Of a stretch of 64,000 bases of DNA, positions 28,747-40,457 are shown piece after piece. The notes beneath the pieces were generated by a model that saw only the letters and a list, made by a program, of their open reading frames with translations, was not told the DNA's origin and did not search any database. The stretch's first letter is position 1. Each line of letters opens with the position of its first letter. The translations under genes and the position numbers were made by a program. Source of the stretch: Spirochaetia bacterium (lineage in GTDB: Bacteria; Spirochaetota; Spirochaetia; SZUA-6; Bin103); assembly GCA_965198005.1 (NCBI GenBank), contig CBDAOI010000004.1:512001-576000 (forward strand), given 5' to 3'.

Positions 28747-30462
28747 TCAGAAGTCGCGCGCCGCGGCGACGCGCAGCCGTTCGATGGCCGCCACGCTGAG
28801 CGCCGTGGTCAGCATCAGGATGGTCGCCAGCGCCATCCCCTGGCCGTAGTTGGCGGCCCCGGGGCGGGACAGCGAGCGGAAGATGGCGGTGGTGATGGTG
28901 GGCAGCTCGGGCCGCGCAATCAGGGCGCTGGCCCCGAATTCGCCGAGCGAGATGGCGGCCGCGAACAGCGCCGCGCTGGCCACGGCCCGGCCGAGCACCG
29001 GCAGCTCCACGTGGAAGAAACGCTGCGCCGGCGCGGCGCCCAGCACCGCGGCGGCTTCACGCAGCCGCGCCGGCACCGCCTGCAGCCCGCCAGCCAGCGC
29101 GCGAAACACCAGCGGCAACGCCACCAGGGTGTGCGCCACCGGCAGCAGCACCGGCGACGCGCGCAGGTCGAGGCCCGGCAGCCCCAGGGCGAGGATGAAG
29201 CCGAAGCCGATGGTGACCGGCGAGGTGCCGAGGGGCAGCATCACCGCCACGTCCACCAGCCGCTGCAGCCACGCGCGCCGCAGCCCGATCGCCGCCCAGG
29301 CGGCCGGCAGCCCCACCGCCAGGCTGAGCACGGCGGTCAGGGCGGCGAACAGCAGCGAGTTGCGAATCGCCAGCAGGGGCGGCACCGTCAGCGCCGCCCC
29401 GCGCGGGCGGCTGCCGAGGCGGGTGAACAGGGCCAGAGTGAGGCGTCCATCCTCCACCGAGAACAGCGCGCGCAGCGCCAGCGCCGCCAGCGGCACCACC
29501 AGCCACACCAGCAGCGCCCCCACCGTGAGCGTCACCAGCAGCCGCTCGCCGCCGGCCGCCGGCCACCGCTCGTGGGTGGCGGCGCGCCCCAGCCGGGCGG
29601 TCGCGCCGTAGTGGGCGGCCGCGCTGCTGTAGGCGGAGGTGACCAGCGCGGTGAGCAGGAGCTGCAGCAGCGACAGCACCGCGGCCGCGCGCAGGTCGAA
29701 CAGGGTGACGGTCTGCAGATAGATCTCCACCTCGAGGGTGGCGAAGCGGCCGGCGCCCAGCAGCAGCACCACCCCGAACGAGGTGAAGTCGAACAAAAAC
29801 ACCAGCAGCGCCGCGGCGATGATGGGCCGGCTCAACAGCGGCATGGTGACCGCGCGCCAGCGGCGTAGCGGTCCGGCCCCGAGCACGGCCGCGGTCTCGG
29901 TGACGCGCGGATGCATCTGCGCCCAACTGTCCCCCACCAGCCGCACCACCAGCGCGGTGTTGAAGAACACGTGGGCGGCGATGATCGCCCCCGCGGTGCC
30001 GGCGACCTGGATCGCGGGCAGCCCGGCAAGATCCAGCAGCTGGTTCACGAAGCCGCGCGGTCCCAGCAACGCCTGCCACGCGGCCGCCACCACCAGCGTG
30101 GGCAGCACGAACGGCACCAGCGTGAGCGTGCGCAGCAGCCGCTTGCCCGGAAAGCGGTAGCGGGCGAACACGTAGGCGGCCGGCAGGCCGACCGCCAGCG
30201 TGCACAGGGTCGAGACCGCCGCCTGCCAGAAGCTGAACCAGAGGGCGCGCAGCGTGGTGGCCGCGGTCAGGATCTGCCGGATGCCAATCCCGCTCTCGGC
30301 CCCGCTGCTCAGCCCGCGCAGGATGATGGCAGCCAGCGGGTAGAGGTAGAACAGGCCCAGAAACGCCAGCGGCAGGAGCCACAGCCAGTGGCGCAGACCG
30401 GGCCGACTGAAGACAGCCTGCCCGGTCTGCCCAGGGCGGTCGTTATGGGCCGTCTTCGTCAC
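28747..30462 (-). CDS. thiP: Thiamine ABC transporter permease
   Basis: Duplicated TM domains with EAA motifs, FSFWQA, TSFGVVLLLG, SLGEFGA. Confidence 0.88.
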   Translation of the reverse strand: MTKTAHNDRPGQTGQAVFSRPGLRHWLWLLPLAFLGLFYLYPLAAIILRGLSSGAESGIGIRQILTAATTLRALWFSFWQAAVSTLCTLAVGLPAAYVFARYRFPGKRLLRTLTLVPFVLPTLVVAAAWQALLGPRGFVNQLLDLAGLPAIQVAGTAGAIIAAHVFFNTALVVRLVGDSWAQMHPRVTETAAVLGAGPLRRWRAVTMPLLSRPIIAAALLVFLFDFTSFGVVLLLGAGRFATLEVEIYLQTVTLFDLRAAAVLSLLQLLLTALVTSAYSSAAAHYGATARLGRAATHERWPAAGGERLLVTLTVGALLVWLVVPLAALALRALFSVEDGRLTLALFTRLGSRPRGAALTVPPLLAIRNSLLFAALTAVLSLAVGLPAAWAAIGLRRAWLQRLVDVAVMLPLGTSPVTIGFGFILALGLPGLDLRASPVLLPVAHTLVALPLVFRALAGGLQAVPARLREAAAVLGAAPAQRFFHVELPVLGRAVASAALFAAAISLGEFGASALIARPELPTITTAIFRSLSRPGAANYGQGMALATILMLTTALSVAAIERLRVAAARDF

Positions 30463-30492
30463 GCCCGCCGCCCGCTTGCTTCAGTCCCGCAC

Positions 30493-31560
30493 TCAGCGCG
30501 CCATCGCTTCGCGCCACTCCCGGACCCACCGTTCGCGGTGCTCGGCAATGGCGGCCGGATCGACCTGCGCGGTGCGCTCGGGAATCGACAGGAACCGCTC
30601 GAACTCGGGCGCCAGCGGCACCTCGTCCAGGACCGGGAATACGAACATGTTGAGCGGCATCGCCGCCTGGAAGCTGGCGTCGAGCATGAAGTCGATCCAG
30701 CGCTCGGCCAGCTCGCGGCGCGGCGTGCCCGCCAGGATGCCGGCGAATTCGATCTGCCGGAAGCAGCTCTCGTCGCCGACCATCACCCCGGTCGTAGGTG
30801 CCGCGATCGGGGTCTCGGCGTAGATCACCTCGAACGGGGGGCTGGAACCGTAAGACACTACCAGCGGCCGGTCGCCGCTACTGGTGCCGCCGCTGAACTC
30901 CGCGAAGTAGGCGGTCTCCCAGTCGGGGGCCACGCGCACGCCGTTGGCCCGCAACTCGCGCCAGAAGTCGAGATAGCCGGGATCGCCGAACCTGCCGATC
31001 GTGGCCAGCAGGAAGGCGAGTCCGGGCGACGAGGCGGCCGGGTTCTCGACCACCAGCAGCTCGGCGTAGGCGGGATCGGTCAGATCCTCCAGCCGCTGCG
31101 GCGGCGCCAGTCCGGCGTCGTCGAACCAGGTGATGTCGTAGTTGACGCACACGTCGCCGAAGTCGATCGGGATTGCATGACCACTGGCGTCGAGGCGCAG
31201 CTCCGGGGCGATTCCGGCCAGTGCCGGCGGCTCGTAGCGTTCGAACACGCCTTGCTCGAGCGCGCGGCTCAGGAATGCGTTGTCGACGCCGTACAGCACG
31301 TCGGCCAGCGGCTTGCCCTTGGCCAGGATGGCGCGGTTCAACGCCGATCCCGCGCCCCCGGCCAGCAGGATGCTGACCCTGGCGCCGTAGCGCTCCTCGA
31401 ATTCGGCCAGCACCTCCTCCGGGATCACCGTCGAGTCGTGCCCCATAACGGTAAGCACCTCCGGCTCGGATTCGGCGGCCGGCTCGGCGCCAACGTAGGC
31501 GGCGCACAGCAGTGCCAGCAGCGCCGGCAGCACCGGCCACCGAACGGTCAGATAACACAT
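30493..31560 (-). CDS. thiB: Thiamine ABC transporter substrate-binding protein
   Basis: Signal peptide, HDS, ADVLYGVDN, SSPGLAFL, VVSYGSSP, CFRQIEF. AGGA RBS. Confidence 0.92.
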   Translation of the reverse strand: MCYLTVRWPVLPALLALLCAAYVGAEPAAESEPEVLTVMGHDSTVIPEEVLAEFEERYGARVSILLAGGAGSALNRAILAKGKPLADVLYGVDNAFLSRALEQGVFERYEPPALAGIAPELRLDASGHAIPIDFGDVCVNYDITWFDDAGLAPPQRLEDLTDPAYAELLVVENPAASSPGLAFLLATIGRFGDPGYLDFWRELRANGVRVAPDWETAYFAEFSGGTSSGDRPLVVSYGSSPPFEVIYAETPIAAPTTGVMVGDESCFRQIEFAGILAGTPRRELAERWIDFMLDASFQAAMPLNMFVFPVLDEVPLAPEFERFLSIPERTAQVDPAAIAEHRERWVREWREAMAR

Positions 31561-31617
31561 ATATTCCTCCCGCCGGGGAGTGGGAACTGGCTGAGGATCA
31601 GGCTGCAGGTGGGCGAT

Positions 31618-31737
31618 AAGCTCCCTCCGCCGGCATTATCCGGATCAGGTATGCGAGTCGAAAGCTCCGGGGGTCGGCGGCTGGCGCCCATCCCACGGCT
31701 CTCCTCTCAGCTTGGCAACACCAAGCTCCCCGGTCTG
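31618..31737 (-). ncRNA. TPP riboswitch
   Basis: Minus strand reads GGGGAGC...GCTGAGAGG...ACCTGATCCGGATAATGCCGGCGGAGGGAG, upstream of thiB. Confidence 0.93.
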
Positions 31738-31744
31738 TGCCGAT

Positions 31745-31774
31745 ACTGTAACCGCTAATCGGCGCACGAGTCAA
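31745..31774 (-). promoter_or_regulatory. Promoter of the riboswitch/thiB leader
   Basis: TTGACT-18 nt-TACAGT just upstream of the aptamer. Confidence 0.6.
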
Positions 31775-31880
31775 CCATGCTCCGTGCCCCCATCTGTTAC
31801 AACGGGGGCGTGTCGTTGCTGCTTCGACGCTACTCTCGCAGCTTGCCCGCGGCGCCGCTTGACCCGGCAGCCGGTGCCGC

Positions 31881-34800
31881 TCAGGGCGAGCTGACCGGGT
31901 GGGCGGCGGCGGCCCTGCGGTGGGCGGTGTGGAGGTGGGCGTGGGCGCGGACCTGGAGCAGGCGCTCTAGGCTCCACCGGTCGCCGTCGGGCATGGGGGG
32001 CGCGCCGTCCAGGAACCGGGTCTCGCCGGCCTCGCGGACCGCCACCGGGACGCCGTCGCGGAACAGGATGCGGTTGCCGCGCACGGCGGCCAGGCGGTGG
32101 CGCTCGTGCGCCGGGCGCACCTTGATGCCGGCCGCGGCGGCCGGATCGACCGCGGGCAGCACGCGCAGCGCGCCCGCCGGCCCGGCGCGCCGTACGCGGC
32201 GCATCGCGGCGACCGCTTCGGCCAGCGCGAACTGCTCGCCGCCGACGCCGCTCACGAAGTAGCCGCCGCGGATCTGGCCGCGCGCCTCCAGCAGGCGGTA
32301 GACCACGACCAGGTCGCGCCAGGCGGGCGCCAGCGTCTCCCGCTCCAGCAGGCGCCGGAACACCACTCCGTAGCGGTGCAGCAGGCCGAGCGCGATCGCC
32401 TCCAGGTGCGTCTCGGCGGGCTCCGCGGCCGGCGGCAGCAGGCTCCAGCGTCCCGAGCGGCTGAGCGGCCGGCGCGGCACGGCGACCGGGGCACCGCCGC
32501 GGCCGGACTGGCGCCGGCGGGCGCGCTCCAGCCGGCGGGCGGCCGCCTGCCGCGCCGCGGGACGGATCAACGCGCGCAGGCCGGCGAAGCTGTCGCAGGT
32601 CACGACCCCGGCCGCCGCCAGCTCGCCGAGGGCGGTGTCGACCTGGGCCGGCAGCAGGTTGGTGACCCGCTGCACCTCGTCCCGGAACAGGGCGCCGCGG
32701 GTGGCCAGGCAGGAGCGGACCTGCGCGGCCACCGCGCTGAGTCCCTCTGCCGGCGGCATCGGGCCCGGCGCGGTGCCGCGCCACAGCTCCAGCTCGGTGC
32801 GGGGCAGCAGCGCGATCGGGCTGCTGGCGAGCGGCGCAATCGGTCCGCCGGGCCGGTTGCCGTTGCCGGCCGGCGCCCGCAACCGGCCCCAGGCGACCTC
32901 GCCGGCGGCGCACAACAGGTCGAGCCAGGCCGGATCGTAGTCGGCCAGCCGCGCCGGCAGGATCCACTCCTCCCACGCCGCCGCGGGCGCCTCGCACCCG
33001 GCGAGCTGGCGAATCACGGCCAACAGCGCCTCCGGACCGCTGCCGCCGTCCACGGCCGGCTCGCGCTCGAACGCGCCGCCGCCGATGGCAGCGACGTGCT
33101 GCCACTCGAACAGGGAGCGCAGGTAATCGTCGAACGTCAGCGGCTCGATCTCGCGCCGCAGGCGGCTCAGGGTATAGCGGTGAATCCGCGCCAGCAGCCG
33201 CCGTTCGCACCACTCTTCGCCGGCGGCGGCGGTGAACGATCCGCGCAGCACCGCGCCTTCGGTCTCCAGCGCGAGCAACGCCTCCTCCACCTCCGCCGGC
33301 GTGACCCCGATCGGGTCGGCCAGGGCCGCCGCGGTGACCGGTCCGGACGCCTCCAGCCGGCCGCGCACCACCTCGCGCAAGGCCGCGGCGCGCTGCCACC
33401 CGGGGCCGCGCAACGCAGCGGGCAGCACAACCGGCGGCTGCATGCGCAGCTCGGGCTCCAGCGCCTGCCACAGCGGCAGCCGTTCCGCCGCCACCCAGCG
33501 CACGCACGGGACAGCGCCGCCGGCACCGTCCGGCGGATCCGGCGCCGATCCGCCGGGCCTGCCTGACCCGCCCGACCCGCCCGCGCCGTGCGCCGCCGCC
33601 AGCGCCGGCGCCGTCACCCGGGTGGCCCGGCCCTGCCGCACCAGCGCCCGGAACAGCTCGCCCCACCCGGCCTGTTCTGCCGCGCGCTGATCGATGAAGG
33701 TGAGCAGGGTCAGCGCGTCGTGCAGCTCGTCCGCGTCCTCGACCCGCGGCAGCGCCTCGGCCCGCACCCGCGCGATTGCATCCGCGTCCAGCGTCCCGAA
33801 CCGGCGCGCCTCGTCGGGCGTGATCCAGCGCCGGTTGCGGATCGCCTGCGTGCGCCGCTCCTCCAGCGGCGCGTCGTCCAGGAACGCATACGGCCGGGCG
33901 TTGATGATCTCCTGCGCGAACGGCGACGGCTCGCGCAGGTCGCGCGTGACCAGCTCGACCGCGCCGCTCTCCACGTCGGCCAGCAGCCGCTCCAGGTGCG
34001 CGATGTCCATCGCCTCGGTCAGGCAATCCCCGATCGCCTGCGCCACCAGGGGATGATCGGGAATCTCCCGTTCCCCGGCGATGTTCTCGAGACAGGCGAG
34101 CTGGTCCGGAAACACCAGCGCCAGCAGATCCTCCGACTGCATGCGTTGCAGATAGGGGGGCACGCGCTTGCCGCCGCGCTGGCGGAGCACGGCCAGGGCA
34201 CGGGTCGCGTTCCAGCGCCAGCGGGTCCGGAACATCGGCGCATCGAGCAGCGCCTGCACCAGCACCCCACGCACCGTCTTGCGGTTCAGATAGCGCCAGA
34301 CGTCGGCCAGCGGAAAGCTGTGGGTCTGGCCCAGCGACAGCACCAGCGCGTCCTCGGTGGCCGCGGCCTGCAGCTCGAAGTTGAAGGTGCGGCAGAACCG
34401 CTTGCGCAGCGCCAGCCCCCAGGCGCGGTTGAGGCGGCTGCCGCGCGGCGAGTGGATCACGAGGTGCATGTCGCCCGCCTCGTCGAAGAACCGCTCGACC
34501 ACCGCGGTGTCGTGGGTGGGCATCGCGTCCAGGGCGTTCATGCCGGCGTGCAGGTAATCCACTACCTGCCGGGCGGCCGCGGACGCGAGCCGCAGCTCCC
34601 GTTCCAGCCACTGCACGGCCGCCGCCGCCGCGTGGTCCGCCCCGGTGCGCTCGCTGCCGGCGCGAATCAGCCGCCCCACCCGGGTACGAAGGGCGGACAC
34701 CGCGCGCGACAGCTCGTCGCTGCGTCCGGGCGCTTCGCCGAGCCAGAACGGCAGGGTGGGCGGCTTGCCGGCGGCGTCCACCACCCGCACCACGCCGGTT

Positions 34801-36474
34801 TCCACCTTGAGGATCTCCCAGGACCGGTTGCCGAGCAGGAAGATGTCGCCGGGTACGCTCTCGACGGCGAAGTCCTCGTGCACGGTGCCGATGAACAGAT
34901 CCTGCGGATCGACCCGTACCTGGTAATCGAAGTTGTCGGGGATCGCGCCGCCGTTGGTGAGCGCGGCCAGGCCGGCGCCGCGCCGCCCGCGCACCCGGCC
35001 GCCGATGGTGTCGTGGTGCACGTAGGCGCCGCGGCGGCCGCGCGCGGTCGAGAACCCGGTGGCCAGCATCTCGACCACCGCGTCGAACCGGTCGCGCGCC
35101 AGCTCGCGATAAGGGTACGCCCGGCGGCAGAGTGCGAACAGGTCGTCGGTGCGCCACTCCGCGGCGCTCGCCTCGGCCACGATCTGCTGCGCCAGTACGT
35201 CCAGCGGCTGCGGCGGCACCTCGATCCGGTCCAATTCGCCCGCGCGCACCGCCGCCAGCAGCGCGGTGCATTCCACCAGCTCGTCCCGGGAGAGCGGGAA
35301 CAGCCGCCCCTTCGGGGTGCCGGTCAGGTGGTGGCCGGAGCGGCCGACGCGCTGCAGAAACGCCATGATCGACTTGGGCGACCCGAACTGGCACACCAGA
35401 TCGACCACGCCGACGTCGATCCCCAGCTCCAGCGACGCGGTCGCGACGATGGCGCGCAGCGTGCCCGTCTTCAGCCGCTGTTCGGCGTCGAGGCGCTGCT
35501 CCTTGGACAGGCTGCCGTGGTGGGCCGCGACCTGCTCCTCGCCCAGCAGGGCGCCCAGCGCGTGGCTCATTCGTTCGGCCAGCCGGCGGGTGTTGACGAA
35601 CACCAGCGTGGTGCGGTGGGCGCGTATCAGATCGGCGAGGCGCCGGTAGAGTTCCTCCCACACTTCGTTGGCCATCACCGCTTCGAGCGGCGCGCCCGGC
35701 AGCTCCAGCGCGATCTCCATGGCGCGCCGGTGACCGGTGTCCACGATGGTGCAGTCCTTGGTGTTGGCTGCCGTTGCGCCGTCCGCCTCGCGCCCGGCGC
35801 CGGTGAGGAACGCCGCGGCGGTGGCCAGCGGCTTCTGGGTGGCGGACAGCCCGATGCGGGTCACCGGCGCGCCGGCGAGGTGGTCCAGCCGCTCCAGGCT
35901 GAGCGCCAGGTGGGCGCCCCGTTTGGAGCCGAGCACGGCATGGATCTCGTCGACGATGACCGTGCGCGTGGTGGCCAGCAGGGCGCGTCCGCCGGCGCTG
36001 GTGAGCAGCAGATAGAGCGACTCGGGGGTGGTGACCAGGATCTGGGGCGGGCGCCGGACCATCGCCGTGCGGGCGGCCGCCGGCGTGTCACCGGTGCGCA
36101 GACCGGCCCGGATCGCCGGTACCGCGGGGGTGGCGCCATCGTCGTTGCGGAGCCGCGCGCCGATTCCCTCAAGCGGCGCCTGCAGATTGCGCTCGATGTC
36201 GTTGCTCAGCGCCTTCAGCGGCGACACGTACACCACGCGGGTGGCGTCCGGCAGAGCGCCCGCCTCGGCTGCGCGCACCAGGTCGTCGATCGCGGCCAGG
36301 AACGCGGCCAGCGTCTTGCCCGAGCCGGTGCCCGAGCCGGGGGGCCGCGATCAGCGTATGCCGGCCGGCCCTGATCGCGGGCCAAGCCGCGCGCTGCGCG
36401 GGCGAGGGCGCGGCAAACGTGCTCCGGAACCAGTCGGCGACGGCCGGGTGAAACAACTCCAGCGGGTCGGTCAT
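31881..36474 (-). pseudogene. lhr: Lhr-family DEAD/H helicase (long form) with a frameshift in Walker A
   Basis: N-terminus [16 protein letters not shown]...IAAP is out of frame with [36 protein letters not shown]. Confidence 0.88.
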
Positions 36475-36534
36475 GGTCACGACAGTGTCACAATGAAGAA
36501 GGATTTCGCCAACCGCCGACAACCGCCGACGTCC

Positions 36535-36765
36535 GAGTACCGAACACGGAGCTTCCCGTGTCGGGATCGACTTCGCTGATGGCGACGATCTCCTGCCGGT
36601 TCGCCGTCGCGCCCTGTATGTTGCCCCAGGTGATCAACCAGTGGCCGTTGTCGTCGAGCACCGTCACGCCGCCTTGGGTCAGCGCGTACCAACCTGTGCG
36701 CTCGGGCGCCGATAGTCACGCGTGAAGGCAGCCGTGGTGCCCGAAGACAGGTCGTATTTCGCGGC
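36535..36765 (-). pseudogene. Arylsulfotransferase-like beta-propeller fragment
   Basis: [17 protein letters not shown]...ISEVDPDTG, frameshifted. Confidence 0.5.
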
Positions 36766-37324
36766 CCGCCGGGGTGGCCCCCGACACCTCGGGCTAGTTA
36801 GTATTGGCAAGAAGGAGTCGTCGTGGTAGTCGATGGCTGCCAGCGTGAGACAGGGTCGTCGATTCGTAGCCCCCTGATCGGGTCGGTGTGCGGCGAGAGG
36901 AGCGTCGCCTTCGAGATGAGGCACCTTTCTGTCGAACTGCTCAATCAGGAGCAGGACACGCGGGCGCCACCATGGACGGCGGGAACGGACTTGGTGCCGG
37001 TGGAGCCTTGGTCGTCAAGATCGGCGATGGTTTGCATAAGCCTAGTCGACGATTCGCGACGGCGAGGTCAGCAACGCTCCGCCGGGTGAAGCTCCTGGTC
37101 TGGGGAGCATCAATGATGGGCGCCTGCGGCGCGTAGGACGACGCGTTCGCCGATCTATGGTGGAGGGCAGCTCGAACAGGACGCCCTTCGAGAGTGGGGG
37201 TGGAGTAGCGGTAAACCTTGCGGGTGGCCCGGTGGCCAGGAGGCCAACGCCATAAGGCCGTCGCCTGATCTGTCGACACACCTATTGACGGAACCCAGGC
37301 TAGTCACTCGGCCAACGCACCATT

Positions 37325-37713
37325 GCACAGCTGATGAACTGCTGCGCTACGACAGCCCGGTCCAACTCAACGGTCGCTCGGTACGCAAAGATGTCGAGAT
37401 CGGCGGCAAGCTGATCCGCACCGGCGAGGTGGTGATCTCCGCTATTGGCGCGGCGAACCGCGACCCCGAGGTATTCGACCATCCTGAGACGCTGGACATC
37501 GGACGCCAGGAGATCAGCCATCTGTCGTTCGGCCGCGGCATACACTACTGCCTCGGTGCGCCGCTGGCTCTATTGGAGGCGCGAGTCGCGTTCGCCGCCT
37601 TGCTCGACCGCTTTGCCAGCATCCGCCTGGCCGATGAGTCCCGGCACCGGCAGGGCGTCGTGCTGCGCGGGGTCGAGCATCTGTGGATCGAGGTCGAGGC
37701 GTCCTCAGGGTGA
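37325..37713 (+). pseudogene. Cytochrome P450 C-terminal fragment
   Basis: DELLRYDSPV (ExxR), AANRDP, HLSFGRGIHYCLGAPLA. The N-terminal two thirds are absent. Confidence 0.92.
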
Positions 37714-38130
37714 GTCGACCAGTCCGCGAACAGGCGGACGAATCTGCGCTGCTGCTGCACGGGCACGTCCAGGATCGTTCGTCTTCCTACTTCCAGGCCT
37801 CCGGGAAGCCTCGATAGATGCTGGGAACACGCAGGGAGGTGGGACGCCATGGAGGCGCCATTGAGGAGGGTGCAGGAAACTGCCATCTTGGAACCCTTCT
37901 GGCGCGCTGGCCCTGTTCGATCAGCACTCGGAATCGGTGCTCGGCGGTTCGGGAAAAGCCAGTCGGGCTCCGAACTGCATTACCTCTTATGTAACAGCGG
38001 CCAAACCTGCATGAACAGGTAATTCTACCGCTCCAAGGTGGTGATGCACTGTGTTGAATGACGATCTGCTCCGAGAGCTGAATCGTCCAGTGTAACCTCG
38101 GCATGAGGCTTCCCCTATGATTTCTCCGTC

Positions 38131-38736
38131 TTGGGCGTCGCCTTAAATCACGAGGATCTGCTCGGGTGCCTGTTCGGAGTGGGCAACGACGATCAGCTCA
38201 TCGCCTTGCGATATGAGTACGAGAATGGTCGCAGGTTGGCCAAGAAGCTGCAGGAGTTGACGAAGCTCGTCGCCTACCACGGCTCAGAGAAAACGTCTGT
38301 GACATCTCCCGAGTCGATGAGGCTGGCACACCCGAACCAGGATGACGAAGACCTGGCGGCAGGATGGTTGGACACCACCATACGCGTACTCGCATGGTTG
38401 GCTGATCGTAACCGTCCGGTAGGCCCGGCGTACGAGCAGGCGAGGGCTCGCTTCGACAGCCTGGGTCCTCTGACTACAACGAATGATAAAATCGCCCGGG
38501 AGGTCCTGTTCGAGGCCGACCGTCAGTCCGGCGGCACGGCAGATGTGTGGGAGCTGGCACTGAAAGCGGTTGAACTGCTGGGCGACGAGTTGGGCAGGAT
38601 CCCTCTCAAGGAAGCCGATCTCTACAACGCTGTCGAAATAGAGGCCTCGATCAAGAGGCTGCTCGGGTTGGATGACCGAGCGCCGGCGGATGGGCAGACG
38701 AATCGGTCCACCCTGGGCCAAGGAGGGGGGAAGTGA
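38131..38736 (+). CDS. Hypothetical protein (start uncertain)
   Basis: 201-aa ORF with protein-like composition, not Arg/Pro/Ala-biased. No family recognised. Confidence 0.55.
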   Translation: MGVALNHEDLLGCLFGVGNDDQLIALRYEYENGRRLAKKLQELTKLVAYHGSEKTSVTSPESMRLAHPNQDDEDLAAGWLDTTIRVLAWLADRNRPVGPAYEQARARFDSLGPLTTTNDKIAREVLFEADRQSGGTADVWELALKAVELLGDELGRIPLKEADLYNAVEIEASIKRLLGLDDRAPADGQTNRSTLGQGGGK

Positions 38737-38861
38737 CACACGATCCAGCAGTGATCATCGGATAGGGGGCCGTCAGTGCGGTAGCCCCCAGACTTGCACC
38801 TATACCGAGAGATACCGTGGGCGTTGCGCCCGTTGGAGCGTCAAACGCGAATTCCGCATTC

Positions 38862-39495
38862 TCACAACTCCTTACCTGAGTGAACCATCACATCCAGAAA
38901 ATTCGCTCCGTATTCTTTGCGGTAAATGAGCGCCAGGTTCTCAACAAGATCGCGAGCTACCGTCAGATCGGCTCGAATGTGCCTCTCATCCATTTCCGAA
39001 TTCCAGTCCAAAAATGAACTGCTCTCTTCCATCATGCAGCCGTGTTGACACGTAGCAGGTAAACCCAAAACGGTGCAAGCCTCTCAGGACGTTTCTCAAG
39101 GAGTCGGATGACATGCCTGTGAAAACAGCGAGATCGCAAGCCGGTGTATGCAAGTTGTGAGGCAGTTCAACCGCACATGCATTGTGGATAAAGGTCAAGA
39201 CAACGCGCCGTTCGGCTTGAGTCATTCGTCGTAGCGTATTCAGGAAACGGTACGCAATCAGATGGACAAACTCTTTCGCCTCCTCATCCTCTAGGGCTTC
39301 GTACAACAGGTCAAAGACCTCAGGAACGAATCGCAATCGGCTGAAAACGACCTTTTCCGCAACCACCTTGCCAAGCTCGGCAGGTTCTATTCCGCTCAGA
39401 TCAACGTAGCGTGTGGTGTCGGTCAATCCGTCAATCGGTGTGTCGTCAAACCTTGCTGGCAGAATATACTCGCTGTTTTCCCGCAGCGCACGAGC
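38862..39495 (-). pseudogene. TIR-domain protein, N-terminally truncated and frameshifted
   Basis: ARALRENSEYILPARFDDTPIDGL...YVDL is the C-terminal end of a bacterial TIR_2 domain. Confidence 0.7.
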
Positions 39496-39512
39496 CTCTC
39501 CAAGAGACCGGC

Positions 39513-39695
39513 TTAGGCCGTCGGCAGCGCCTCCAACCATCTCTCTACGTCCGCGCGGCGCCAACCGACGGCGCGCGAACGCGCGCCTCCTAATCTGACC
39601 GGCGCCGGAAAGTCGCCAGCACGTACGCGACGCCACAACGACGTACGCGACAGACAAATCAAGTCCAGCAGAGCTGGCGTTCTCAAGATTACAGG
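39513..39695 (-). CDS. AlpA-family phage regulator/excisionase
   Basis: ILRTPALLDLICLSRTSLWRRVRAGDFPAPVRLG...AVGWRRADVERWL. Confidence 0.85.
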   Translation of the reverse strand, partial: PVILRTPALLDLICLSRTSLWRRVRAGDFPAPVRLGGARSRAVGWRRADVERWLEALPTA

Positions 39696-39734
39696 ATACG
39701 AATCAAGGATAGTCGCTTGCAGGGTTGCTCTCGA

Positions 39735-39895
39735 TGTAGTTCTGCGCGATAGCGCACTCATGATCGCGGAGATGCGGCCCTTCACTCGGCGCGCCGTCTC
39801 GGTCTTGGTGTGCCAGATCCGCACAATCACACCGAGCACGTCGGCGGTCGTGATCTCGCTTACGCGCTTGCGGCCGATTCTGGGGACACGTACCG
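39735..39895 (-). mobile_element. P4-like integrase middle-domain remnant
   Basis: PRIGRKRVSEITTADVLGVI..IWHTKTETARRVKGRISAIM. Confidence 0.75.
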
Positions 39896-40457
39896 CTCCA
39901 GCGACGAGCGCCAGCCCTTCGCCGATGCCAAACCGCCGCCGATTCGCCGGGTCGGCTCGTACAGCCGGAGGGGCCGTCTCCGATCGGACCATCTTTCGCT
40001 GCTCGTCTTCGACCACCGACCACGGCACGGTCACCAGTGGCGACGAAAGTGCATCGCTCCTCCAGGTCCTCTTCTAACCGTCCGATTGCCGATAAGGCTG
40101 TTTCTGTCGCCGATGCCCATGTGTTGGGGACTGTCCCGCGCCCTGGAGTTGGGGGAGCTTCAGGAGACCAACGAACGGTCGCTGGCGGCGCTGTTTCCAG
40201 GGGTGCCGGAGAGGGAGCGCCCGCAAGCCGATGTTGACGAGCCTGACGCCGGGGACGACAGCCAAGTGGTGGCGACCGTCCGCATCCTCGAAGGTCAGCT
40301 TTCTGCGGCCAGGTGGCGGGTCTCCGGACTCTGGACTGTCGGCAGATGGAACCTGAAGCTGAGCGAATGCCCTCGGATGGGAGGATGGGACCCCAGAGAC
40401 GAGGTGTTCACGGCCGAGGCGTGGTCGAGAAGGAAACCCGTATGGTGCCGGTATATG

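Noticed and set aside
10323..36374. Many long plus-strand ORFs (e.g. 13152-16442, 20760-23228, 33588-36374)
   Set aside because: Antisense shadows of recognisable minus-strand genes in very GC-rich DNA. Their composition is Arg/Gly/Ala-biased with no motifs.
37028..37300. Possible IS terminal sequences (GGTTTGCATAAGCCTAG, TTGACGGAACCCAGG)
   Set aside because: No partner inverted repeat or transposase frame could be identified.
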